Shown here piece by piece: positions 52,938 to 64,000 of a stretch of 64,000 nt of DNA. Source of the DNA: Cystobasidiomycetes sp. EMM_F5 (Eukaryota); contig JBPGPT010000001.1 of the NCBI GenBank assembly GCA_051047955.1, positions 434,001-498,000 of the forward strand. The letters are read 5' to 3'. Made by a program: the position numbers and the translations under genes. The notes under the pieces are model-generated. The model had not been told where the DNA came from, made no database searches, and saw only the letters and a list, made by a program, of their open reading frames with translations. Position 1 is the first letter of the stretch. Each line of letters begins with the position of its first letter.

Positions 52938-53764
52938 AGTTGCTTGTCGGCTAGGGGGATCATCTGTAGCGTAGTCTGACTAAGAGAAATATTGTTGTGC
53001 ATTGTAGAAGTCATCATTTCGCTGGAAAACATAAACAGGATCGTGGCCGTTTGGATTCTGAGGTGCTATGCTAGTCTTCAGTCGGTGTTCATAGTAGTTT
53101 GTACCACGCCTCGTCAGATAGAAAGACGTGTTAGCCAGGCACTGATGCACGAAATGAGCGATGTTGGAAGCTGTGGGAGCCCTTGATTTATTCAATGATG
53201 CAATCTTGCAGCTGGAACATCCAGGACATGGAAACCGCGACAAGCCGAACTCGTTTGCCTGCAGTCGTACTGAGTTGAGTCATATGGCTGCTGTTGGAGT
53301 GCGTTAGGATTCAAGACGTCAGATCTATTTCAGTCCTCCAAATAGAATTCGGCTGCTGCTTCTGCGCTTGCTTGCCGAGGACTCAGCGCCCACATGCTCC
53401 CACTTTTGCACTTTCCGCGTACACGAGCAACCACTACGCATCGAGCAGCGTGCTGCCTGACTTCGCTGCGACCACCAGAGCACACTCGCATCAGTCCCGC
53501 ACCGCTGTATCGAGCATACTGTCGACAGCTCACCGTGAGTGCTGGTATGACGGCGAACCGAAGCTGATCGGCTCAAGCTGATCCAGCTCCCTCCAATCCA
53601 GACGAAACTTCTGGCGTAAAGCGAGACTCGTAACCCCTCTCTGTATCCTCGTACTCTGCACAAGCATACTTGTCCACCCACACTGGGCCTTCTCAGCGAG
53701 TTTTAGACTCGACCCTCTCTATTACTAAGCGCCACCCCATACATCACTCCGCTACCCCGGACCC

Positions 53765-54181
53765 ATGACCGCAGGCTGGATCATCGCTACAGCAGTCGTC
53801 GGCACACTTTGCGTCGTTGGATTTGTCGGCATCTGGATATGGTTCCCTCGTACCTTTGCTAGGGGTTTCAAAGAAGAGATGAAGGCCGTCGACGAAGAAC
53901 TTGCTGCAAAGGGCGCCTCTCCGGAGGAGGTTGCGCAAGCAAGAGCAGCGCGTAATGCAATGTCCAAGGGCATCGTCGAGCGGGCTATCGCACGTGAGCA
54001 AGCCCTCAAGCGTGGCGAAAGGCCGTCGGACGAGGCCGTCGTCCCGAGGGAGTACTACGAACGCAACCCTCACTTGGGCTTCACGGCACTGCCAGTCGTC
54101 TCTGAAGCGTCTGAACGCCATGCTACTAATGCGCCGCCAAACTACAAACCTACGGAGGCCAGTGCACCCCCGCAATACTAG
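53765..54181 (+). CDS. Small single-pass membrane protein
   Basis: 138-aa ORF, N-terminal TM helix, charged tail ending in PPNY/PPQY (PPxY-like) motifs. Confidence 0.7.
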   Translation: MTAGWIIATAVVGTLCVVGFVGIWIWFPRTFARGFKEEMKAVDEELAAKGASPEEVAQARAARNAMSKGIVERAIAREQALKRGERPSDEAVVPREYYERNPHLGFTALPVVSEASERHATNAPPNYKPTEASAPPQY

Positions 54182-54725
54182 GCCTGCGACTCGCTGGCTC
54201 AAGCAGCCCTAAATGTCTCATCAGTGAACATCAGCGACGGAAACGGAGAGTGTGATAGGCAAGGCGAAGGTCACTGGCTGCGCATTAATGTAATTCCGGA
54301 AAGAACATGCGGGCACGACGAATGATGTATCCCTAGTCGCAAACCTGTTCCATGTGTGTACGCGGAATACATCTGACAGATAATCTCCTCCTGCTAATCA
54401 GCCTGTCTGGCCATTTGAGCGAAGTCGATGTCCAAAAGCTAATTTAACGGCTGATAGTATCTTCTTTACATAGTCATTCGTATCGGGAACCCTTTGGAAT
54501 CAAACAGGAAGCACAGCTGATATTGCCCACTTTTGACGAACAGATGCTCAGACACAATGCCTTGCAGGCTGCAAGGAAAGACCACGGTGTTGTGGCTCGG
54601 TCCTAGCTGTGTTGTGCTGATGTTGGCTGAGTTCGTGTTACAGTATTCGTTCTCATAAGCTTCAACTTTTGTAGGTCGACATGCCAACCGACGATGTCGA
54701 CGGGGGGACGCAGTGCCAAGCAAGA

Positions 54726-54876
54726 CGGCTTCAGGAGACTCCGTCGACTGCCTCAGTGGTCTCGTCTCGAAAATGCTGCTTCACTCGCATAACCGGGAGA
54801 CTCGGATTCCGCTTTGGCTTGGCAGGGTCGATCGCCACCAGTCGCACCCCCAGGTCGCCGACTTTCTTTCGTTCCG
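54726..54876. promoter_or_regulatory. CGG-N12-CCG sites (54726-54743, 54794-54811; near-match CGA-N12-CCG 54859-54876) upstream of MFS copy 1
   Basis: CGGcttcaggagactCCG and CGGgagactcggattCCG; TATATAAA at about 54920. Confidence 0.7.
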
Positions 54877-55027
54877 GGTTTTTGTGACTGCGACGGAGCA
54901 ACGGAGCGCCATACACCTCTATATAAATGTTCCTCCAGTTCGCACCCCGCTTCTCCCTCCTTCCTTCCATCAAAGGCTTCTTGCATACTCCTCTCAGCCC
55001 TCATCCTGACAAAACCTCGTACACATC

Positions 55028-57066
55028 ATGGGCAAGGTCAACCTTCACAAAGTCGAGCCATATGAGCTGGTCAGTCTGTGCTTTCGTAACTTACTTCAGC
55101 TTGTGCTAAGTTGCTTTTCAGCCGACGCCGAAAGCCGTCTTTAATATCAAGGTTTACCTCGTAGCGCTTATGAGCACGGCCGCAGCGCTCGATTATGGAT
55201 ACGATCTCGGTTTTATCGGAACCACGCAGACTCTTGCAGCTTATCAGTCGTATATGGGAACAGCTGGGGCTGCGAAAGCGGCTTTCAGAGCTGAGTACAA
55301 TTCGAACGTTGTCGGTGAGTAAATTAAGTTCTCCGAACGCCAAGCACTCATCTAAACACTCCAAACAGCTCTCTTTCAGGCAGGCGCCATCGTGGGGTCC
55401 CTAGCTCCCGCAGCTCTGACATCTAGATTTGGCCGTCGACCTGTCAATATCGCCCTGGCTGTCCTTTTTATCGTAGGAAGCATAGTTCAGTCAGTTGCTG
55501 GCATGGGAGGTACAAATCCCAACGCTATGATGCTTGCTGGCCGCTTCATCAATGGTATTTCTGTCGGCGGAAGTAATTCGGTGGCTCCTTTCCTCGTTTC
55601 CGAGATGTCTCCGCCCTCAATCAGAGGAAGATTGGTCGGCATGTACGAAATTGGTGTGCAGATGGTGAGCTCCGTAGTATCAGCCTGCATCAGGAGCTAT
55701 CTAATGTGCTTCCTTCCCCGCTTTTTTTTTGTTCCTGGTTTTTTTCTCCTATCTTTTTCTCCCTTTGGTTTTTTTCTCTCCTACGTGCAGGGAACACTCT
55801 TAGGATTCTGGATATGCTACGGGCTTGTGCGAAATCACGCAGCGGACGAAATGCAATGGAGAATCCCCTTCATTCTCCAGCTCATTTTTGGTGGCCTCTA
55901 CTTGTTTGGCGCGATCTTCACGGTTCGTTGCGAAGCACTAGCTTGGAAGGCTAGCACCTGACGAAACACATTTCAGCCTGAATCTCCACGTTACTTAGCC
56001 AAATTTGGACGCGAGCGAGTATCGCGCGCTATGGCATACATTCGCAATCTTCCCGAAAGCGACGCATGGCTCAACATCGAAGTCGATGAGATCTGTGCTC
56101 AGTACGAGGCGGAGAAGGGAATGGTTGGAGTTCGCGGATTCTTCCAGGAGCTTAAACAGAAGAGCATTCGCAATCGCTTCATCATGATCACCATTCTCAT
56201 GATATTCTTCCAGTTCTCAGGCACGAATTCGGTCAACTGTAAGCTTGCATCTCCGTTACAAGTGCCGAGGTATACAATTCTAACGCATAAAACAGACTAC
56301 TCCCCGCAAATCTTCGCCAAGCTTGGTATTACCGGGCAGACCGTCTCTTTCCTTGCGACCGGTATCTACGGTGTCATCCGTTTCTCATGCGTGGTTGTCG
56401 CAATGTTCTACCTGGTCGACCGATTCGGCCGTCGTGTCAACCTTCTTACTGGCGCCGCTGTCATGGCCCTGTGCATGTGGATCATTGGTGCACTCGTCAA
56501 AACCTCTACTGGTGGCATTGCTGCTCCCTTGACTCTCATCTACATCTACGCCGCTGCCTTCGTGTGCAGCTATGCAGGCATCCCGTACATCATCAACACC
56601 GAGATCTGGCCTTCTCGTCTGCGCCCAATTGGAATAAGCTGGGGGGTTTTCGTTCATTGGGTGTTCAACCTGGTCATCGGCAAGTCTACTCCGGTGAGTT
56701 GTTGGCTCTTGCAGGCCAGAACGGATGTAGCTTACGCCGTCGGACCGATAGTACATGGTAGAGTCACTTGACTACGGCTTCTTCTGGCTCTACGCTGGCT
56801 TCCTTTCCGTCTCATGCTTCTTCATCTACTTCGTGAGTAGTTGCAGCAAGTGCAACAGCTAGATCATCTACTAAAGCACGATATCCGCCATCCTACAGTT
56901 CGTTCCAGAAACTCGGAACATCTCGCTCGAGCGGATGGAGGAAGTCTTTGGCGGCTCTGCGGCTTCCACCCATGTTCAGAGATCGGAGCTGGATGGTTCG
57001 CATTCAGAAAGCGAAGCTGCATCTCAAAAGGGCGAGGAAATGCCTATTGAACATTACAGGAAGTAG
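55028..57066 (+). CDS. MFS sugar-porter family transporter, quinate-permease-like, copy 1
   Basis: YGYDLGFIG, RFGRR, GRFINGI.VG, SEMSPPSIRGRLVG.YE, QWRIPF, PESPR, FQFSGTNSVNYYSP, DRFGRR, TEIWP..LR, VPETR. Confidence 0.92.
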
Positions 57067-57536
57067 ATGGGCACATCCCTCTTCAGCAGAACTATGCCTG
57101 TCTCGACGGCGTATACTACAGGTTCAGACCGTTGGGGAAGAGCGGCGCAGGGACGACAGACGATGTGGTATAAGTAGTGCTGTTGTTGCTTAGTATGTAG
57201 CAGAAATTCTATGATAGTACGTTAACCTTCTCACTCTTTTGCAGCCATTTTCAGCGAAAGACCATGTCCACCATTCCATTACCTGATTCAATTACGCGAA
57301 TGTCAACAGGTAAAGGTTGATAGCCGCCTGACTACGGTCACTTACTCACAATTGGCACATACTAAAGAGAGTATGGCAATGCCAAAACGTTACATTCTCC
57401 GGTAGCCGTAGGTAATGATTTCTGACGGATTGTTATGAGTACAACACCTCAGAGCTTGTTGGCTACACTATGTGCACGACGGCGCTATGGCTCGCATCTG
57501 TATCCCATAAGTTCAGCATCGGTCGCATCCCTGCAG

Positions 57537-59620
57537 CTAAGCCTTCGTTGTTTCCACTCGAGTCTCCTCATCACCTTTGCCGACCACGCTTGATCTGGGT
57601 GAGCGCTCGTCATGCGGGTACACGTGTGTCGATGCTGCTGAGCCTCCGAAGATCTCCTCCATTCTTTCGAGCGGAACATGACGGGTCTCAGGCACGAACT
57701 GCAATAACGTGTGTGTTAGTCGTGAAACACGAGACATCATTAGAAAACTCACGAAGAAGATAAATGCAACAGAAACAGTAAGGAAACCCGCATACAGCCA
57801 GAAGAAGCCGTAGTCTAATGAAGAAACCATGTACTATCGGTCGACGGCGTAAGCTCACATCGGTTCTGACCTGCAAGAGCTGACAACTCACCGGAGTAGA
57901 CTTGCCGATGACCAGGTTGAACACCCAATGAACGAAAACCCCCCAGCTTATTCCAATTGGGCGCAGACGAGAAGGCCAGATCTCGGTGTTGATGATGAAC
58001 GGTATACCAGCGAAGCTGCACACGAAAGCAGCGGCGTAGATGTAGATGAGAGTCAAGGGAGCAGCAATGCCACCAGTAGAAGTCTTGACGAGGGCGCCAA
58101 TTATCCACATGCAGATTGCCATTACTGACGCGCCCCAAAGCAGGTTGAAGCGTCGTCCGAACCGGTCGACCAGGAACAGCATAGCAATAATCACGCAAAC
58201 GAAACGGATGACACCGTATATGCCGGTGGCGAGGAAAGAGACTGTCTGTCCAGTGATACCAAGCTTGGCGAAGATTTGCGGGGAGTAGTCTGTTTTATGC
58301 GTTAGAATTGCATACCTCGGCACATGTAGCGGAGATGCAAGCTTACAGTTGACCGAATTCGTGCCAGAGAACTGGAAGAATATCATGAGGAACGTGATCA
58401 TCAGGAAGCGGTTTCGAATGCTCTTCTGCCTCAATTCCCGGAAGAAGCCACCAACGCCGACCATTCCCTTCTCGGCTTCGTATTGAGCATGAACCTCGTC
58501 GGCTTCGATATTGAGCCAGGGGTCATTCTCAGGGAGGTTTCGGATGTACGATAATGCTCTCGAGACACGCTCGCGACCATACTTTGCGAGGTATCGAGGA
58601 GATTCGGGCTAGCACAGACTTAGCTAGTAGTCAGGGGGTGTATTGCGACACGGACTTACGCAGAGGAGCGCGCAGCCAAGATAGAGGCCACCAAAAATGA
58701 GCTGGAGAATGAAGGGGATTCTCCACTGCATTTCGTCCGCTGCGTGGTTGCGCACAAGCCCGTAGCATATCCAGAATCCTAAGAGTGTTCCCTGCGCGTA
58801 GGAGAGAAAAAAACCAAAGGGAGAAAAAGATAGGAGAAAAAAACCAGGAACAAAAAAAAAGCGGGGAAAGAAGCACATTAGATAGCTCTTGATGCAGGCT
58901 GACATTAAGGAGCTCACCCCTTGCACGCCGATTTCGTACATGCCGACCAATCTCCCTCGGATTGACGGTGGCGACATTTCGGAGACCAGGAAAGGAGCGA
59001 CGGAATTGCTTCCACCAACGGAAAGGCCATTGATGAAGCGACCAGCGAGCATCATGGCATTGGGATTTGTGCCTCCGAGGCCAGCACACGATTGTACGAT
59101 GCTTCCAACGATATACAAAACAGCGAGACCAATATTGACTGGCTTCCGACCGAATTTGGCGGTTAAAACAGCCGGAGAAAGCGCTCCAATAATGGCGCCT
59201 GCTTGAAAAAGGGCTGTAGAACAGATCTAGTGAGTTCAGGACACTCTAGGGCACTTTCTTTACGCACCGACAACGTTTGAATTGAACGACGCCTGGAACG
59301 CGGCGTTAGCGGCTCCGGCCGTTCCCATGTATTTCTGGTATGGAGCTAGAGTCTGTGTAGTGCCGATGAAGCCTGCGTAGCACTGTCAGTTCTCATATTT
59401 CGCGGTTGAGGTTGTTTCTTTGCGGACCCAGATCGTAACCATAGTTCATCGCGGCAGCCGTGCCCATAAGGGCGACGAGATAGACTTTCAAATTGTACAC
59501 AGCTTTCGGTGTGGGCTACAAGTGTACTCATACGTAAACATCTTGCTTGTTTGCCCAATTATATTAATTACTTACGATTTCATAAGGCTCCACCTTAGCC
59601 AAGTTCAGTTTTCCGCCCAT
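57537..59620 (-). CDS. MFS sugar-porter family transporter, quinate-permease-like, copy 2 (inverted paralog)
   Basis: Same motifs and intron positions as copy 1; ATG MGGKLNLAKVEPY at 59620. Confidence 0.92.
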
Positions 59621-59902
59621 TTTGAAGATCGCAAAGTTGGCAGCTGGATGTAGAGTTTACTCGTTAGAGATGGGGAACGGTAGTTGAAGGGGAAAGACAA
59701 GAAGCAAGCTGGCTTTGCATGAAGTATTTGAGCCTCACGGGCGAGGAGGCCCCGACAATCATCCCCAGTCCGCCAGTCCGTCGCTAATTCGGTCCTCCAT
59801 GGTCGGCAATGGGCATTCCAGTGTCGCATTCGTCAGAGTTGGATGTTCGGCAAAGGCGAGACTAATTTTAGAAAATCTACGGATGGAGTCTGCCACCGAA
59901 AC

Positions 59903-59985
59903 CCTCGGAATCTCACTTCCGAGGACGGAACTTGGCCACTCCGTTTGGCCTGTCGTGCCTGGCGGCACGGCTTTCTACTAACCCG
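59903..59985. promoter_or_regulatory. CGG-N12-CCG sites (59926-59943, 59968-59985) and an 8-bp-arm palindrome CCTCGGAA-N6-TTCCGAGG (59903-59924) in the divergent MFS2/PrpF promoter
   Basis: CGGaacttggccactCCG and CGGctttctactaacCCG read directly from the sequence. Confidence 0.7.
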
Positions 59986-60141
59986 CCAATATGGGGACGG
60001 AACCGGAGATTGGGGTCAGCTAAGCAGAGAGCTTTCGCGCCTTCGGTGCGCATGGAGCAATTGAATGTCTTTACCGTATCCCATCTGTCTGCTTATCTCT
60101 GCCAAAATTTCGTCAGCTGAATTGTCTGCAATTATTGCATC

Positions 60142-61680
60142 ATGAACGGACACAATACGACACGTCTTTCCAGGCACACGCTGCCAGCGGTATTCATGCG
60201 CGCTGGAACGGTGAGGGAGACGCTCAGTCTTCAAGAATGCCAAAATGAAGGGCTGAAATGCGGCTTCCCCACGCAGAGTAAAGGCTTATTCATCAAAGCA
60301 AGCGACCTGCCGGAAGATAGAGAACTATGGCACGAGATACTTCTTGGTGCAATGGGTTCACCAGACCCAGTGAGCTTTACTTTATATTTGGAAGCACGCG
60401 CAGTGAATGACATCCCCTCATCGTACCGCAGTTTGGTCGACAGCTGAATGGAGTAGGTAGCGGTACTCCGACTACGTCAAAGATTGCGGTCATTGGTCCG
60501 AGCCCTCTCGAGGACGTCGACGTCGACTACACTTTTGTTGCTGTTCCAATTGGAGGAGACCGCTTGGATTTCTCGGTAACTCCATGCTGCGGAAAAAGAG
60601 CGTCGGCGCGTATATTGACAGACATTCGGTACAGGGGAACTGCGGCAACATGGCTAGCGGCGTCGCTCCGTTCGCTATTGAAGCTGGGCTCGTCAATCTG
60701 AAGAAGCCGAGCGGTGAAGTTTCTGTAAAGATCCGAAACACGAACACTGGCGTGATTATGCGATCTACCCTTGAAGTGCGCGATGGAATTCCTCTGGAAG
60801 CTGGTTCCTGCATACTCGTGAGTAGAGTACAGATATGCGCGCAAAAATAATCTGAATTACCGCTGCATAGGATGGAGTGCCTGAATCTGGAGCGCCAATC
60901 AAGCTGGATTTCCTCAATCCATCTGGAGCCATGACGGGCAAGTTGCTGCCGAGCGGGAACAGCATCGATGAAGTTCAGCTCGAAAGCAAGCCCAACGGAT
61001 TCAGCTCTTTCCAAGTTTCATTGATCGACGCCGCCAATCCTTTCGTATATGTACGAGCTGCCGACCTTGGTCTGACTGGCAATGAGGCTCCCGCTGCGCT
61101 CATCAAGCATATTGACACCCTAATGGCGATAAGATGCGCAGCCGCTGTCAAGATGGGTCTCGCTCCGGATGTCGCGACTGCTGCGTTGACTGCAGGAACT
61201 CCGAAGATTGCAATAGTCGGCCCTCCTGCAGCATACGTGACTCCAGCAGGGAGACAGCTCAAAGATACGGACATGAATCTTACTATTCGCTCGTTTGGTA
61301 TGGGTGCACCTCATCCGACTCTACAAATGACTGGCGCAGTTTGCCTAGCAGCTGCCTGCGCTGTACCTGGCAGTATACCCAATCAGATCGTGACTGCCGG
61401 CAGCAAGAAGCTGAGTTCTCCACTACGCGTAGCTCATGCCAGCGGTATACTCGAGATCGAGTCCGATTTGGAGATCAATGGAGCAGGTACTGTCATAGTT
61501 CATAGCGGTTCTGTCTATCGGACTGCACGCCGGCTCTTTGAAGGCAACGTTGCCTATCTGGCAAAGGAGGTCGTGTCGGCGCCTATCGCAAAAAGCAATG
61601 GTGTTGCAGCGCATCATGTCAAGCATGCAGTGTTGGAGAATGGACACGTCACCATGCCACGCATGACGGAGGTAGCGTGA
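60142..61680 (+). CDS. PrpF-family isomerase (aconitate delta-isomerase / 2-methylaconitate isomerase-like)
   Basis: PAVFMRAGTSKGLF, MGSPDP.GRQLNGVG.G..TTSK, GNCGNMASGV (catalytic Cys), IRNTNT, IKLDFLNP.GAMTGKLLPSG, SLIDAANP, H.TLQMTGAVCL, RTARRLFEG. Confidence 0.92.
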
Positions 61681-61839
61681 CCAATTGCTGTCAGTATCTG
61701 GTATATGCGAAGTAGATCTCTAAGGTGTATCGGAATCGATCCATGCTGTAGCTGTCAATGTAAGAATATTTGAAAGCAGTAGTACATTGAATTATAGGCT
61801 CAATTCATCGCGATTCTGAAGTAAAGTGCGAAAGCAGAT

Positions 61840-63725
61840 CTAATCGACCCAGACTTCTAACTTCCCATCTTGACGGCCGTTAGGGCAATGTTCCCGAGCG
61901 GCATCAACAGCAGACTCCCAATCTGTCTCATCGATAATCGAGATGAATACGCCATCCTCGTCCTTGTACTTGAGATGCATCTCGTCCAGGTCGAATTTAT
62001 CCCGTAAGCGAGAAACAAATTCGGCATAGGCTGTGCTGGAGTCAATAGACTAAAGATAGGTAGTGAGTTCAAAGGTTTGGAAGACAGCGAAGACCAGAGA
62101 CGGACCATTCCTCGGATATCGCCATCGTAGTGTACTTTCAATCGGAAAGAGACCATCTCCAACGATCTTCCTGACGCAGCAGAGCGCTGACCCGACGAAG
62201 ATACCGTTGCCTGCCTGCGCACAGACCCCTTTTCTCCGCCAACGCCAGTAGGAATGGCCAAGCGCGGCAGATCGGATCGGGACAATTTGGTGGCATGCGA
62301 AGCTGAAGTCTGACTGGCTGCCCATTCTGCCACCCGGTCATCTGTCCTACTGGCGCTATTGGACACGGCACTATAGCTTCCTAGCAACTCTTCCAGCTCG
62401 TCTCGCTCGGGTTTGGCGAATGCGAGGCTACCAGCGGCTGATGCAGGCTTCTGTGCTTGGGCTCTTGTACGCTGACTACCGATACCAGCTATACCTGCGA
62501 GTCCCTTCTCGCTGAGTGGAGAGGATGCAGGAGTGGGAAGTCGAACATTCTGTGACACTGGCTGAGGAGCTGGGGTGCTTGTCTCGCCAGAGAATCCCCC
62601 GTACGGCGATTCCCCGACAGTGTAAACTGAGTCGGTTTGCGCCAATGAGAAAACGTTACGATTGTCGTCCTTCCGTTGACGCTGCATAATGAGACCGATA
62701 CCAGCGGCAGTACTTTCGCTGCTACTTCTTACTCGTTGCGGACTATTTTGGGATGGTACACTCGGAGGTCGCAGGGCAACGGTCGCATCCGAAGGTCGCC
62801 GCGTAGACACCAAGCGTCGCGGGATCGAAGTATCAGTTGGGAGCATTTTCTGTTTGACCGGCGGGGACGGGCGACTCGTTGGTGTCGTTATCGTATCATT
62901 CTGGTCACTCTTCACTGACGACGAACGTTTCTTGCTAGGTCCTAGACCACTAAAGCCAATAAATGCGTCCGCTGGATCAGTGGCCGCTACGAGTTTGGCT
63001 GTGCCCAGATAATTCTTGGCCTTTAGATTCTTGAGCTTGATGGCAGCTGGCCGAAACAACACGCCAACAGGAACAGAAAAGACTGTAAAGTTGCGGCCTT
63101 GCTCGTTGTACGCTTCATCAATCACACTATGTTCGTCTGTTTGCTTCTCGCGCCTGGCGGTGTCCAGCAGTTTCATACCAGCTTGCTGCTGTCCCTGTCG
63201 TATCATCGATAAACCTTGATTGAACAGGATTTCCGCAGAGTACAACCTGAACCGCAGACCAAGCTGCTCGTAGCTTATTCAGTAGATAAATGCATGAAAA
63301 GCGTCAAAAATCAATCGTAGCGTAGCGAGTGATACAAAGGCAAGCGTACAGCACTTTGTGTCAGTAGAGATTTTCGTGAAGTCACAATAACGTCATATTA
63401 CTCACTCAATAATCTGATTCTCACGCATGTGAAGGAAAGCATTTTCGAAATCTTGGTGAGCGCGGGGGAAATCCTGCAAGAGAAAGTACGATACGCCCGA
63501 CTGGAAGAAAGAGACTGCGAGGTACTGATCGAGGAGGTGTGCTTGGGCGTAGTACTGAACTGCCTGCTCGTGATGTGCAAGCGTAGCATGAATCAAGCCA
63601 ATATTGAACAAGACTTTTGAAGAATCTGCAATGTAGTCGAAATTCGAAAGAGCACTCGACATATCGCCGGCATCATAGGCGTCTAGTGCCGCTGCCCATC
63701 GTTCAAGTTCTGCCTGCAATGTCAT
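61840..63725 (-). CDS. noxR: NADPH oxidase regulator NoxR (p67phox-like; TPR plus C-terminal PB1)
   Basis: MTLQAELERWAAAL..YD, SSKVLFNIGLI, DQYLAVSFFQSG, YEQLGLRFRLYSAEILFNQGL, FSVPVGVLFRP; PB1 KVHY..DIRG..LKYKDEDG. Confidence 0.93.
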
Positions 63726-64000
63726 AGAGATTGTTCAGAGAATGCCTTGGCCCGATATAGTCATACGTACTTTGAGTGACATGCTGGGATTGGGTTGAAT
63801 GCAGCGTGTATGGACTGCGATTCAATTGTGACCAATTCGGTGAGGATAGCGCTAATGTAAGAAGGTATCAGATAAGCTCAGACCAGCTGAGATGCATAGG
63901 CAAGGGCCCGAGATCCAGCTCGGTGGAGAAAGCAGAAGGGAATTGTATGGACAGGCGGATATGGGTAGGAAGCAGAGCGAAGGACGCTGACAGGCAATTA

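Noticed and set aside
55690..58890. Long inverted repeats as terminal inverted repeats of a DNA transposon
   Set aside because: The repeats are internal exon/intron segments of two paralogous MFS genes; no transposase or target-site duplication
48928..61680. Itaconate biosynthesis cluster
   Set aside because: No trans-aconitate decarboxylase (Tad1), cis-aconitate decarboxylase (CadA) or P450 in the window, and both flanks are unrelated genes; kept only as an analogy

Overview
Gene-dense, intron-rich fungal nuclear DNA (about 50% GC, typical 45-80 nt GT-AG introns with CTGAC/CTAAC branch points). It is probably a basidiomycete; that is inferred from gene style only. About 35 protein-coding genes are supportable. 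Housekeeping genes include ALA1, FMC1, PNG1, ARF6, GTR1, HEM2, SPS19, an AP180-type ANTH adaptor, polyubiquitin and NoxR. The window also holds an intron-containing tRNA-Gly(GCC) and a decayed Ty3/gypsy integrase fragment. Two systems stand out. (1) 48.9-61.7 kb is a compact cluster of a Zn2Cys6 transcription factor, a mitochondrial tricarboxylate carrier, two inverted sugar-porter/quinate-permease-like MFS paralogs and a PrpF-family isomerase. Six exact CGG-N12-CCG sites lie in its three promoter regions. It resembles the Ustilago itaconate cluster without the decarboxylase and may be a trans-aconitate (or related organic acid) uptake/assimilation regulon. (2) 23.4-26.7 kb, which the ORF track shows only as fragments, holds three tandem spliced paralogs of an apparently orphan family. 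They have a likely signal peptide, an L-x-RR Kex2-like site, a PAM2-like motif and a C-terminal [YW]A-x-[VI]A motif, and are candidate secreted effectors aimed at the translation machinery. Other oddities are a PNGase fused to a legume-type lectin domain, a ubiquitin variant (N19, A25) in all four repeats, and an ATG-less mitochondrial-type extension on ALA1. Gene boundaries come from manual splicing and are approximate.
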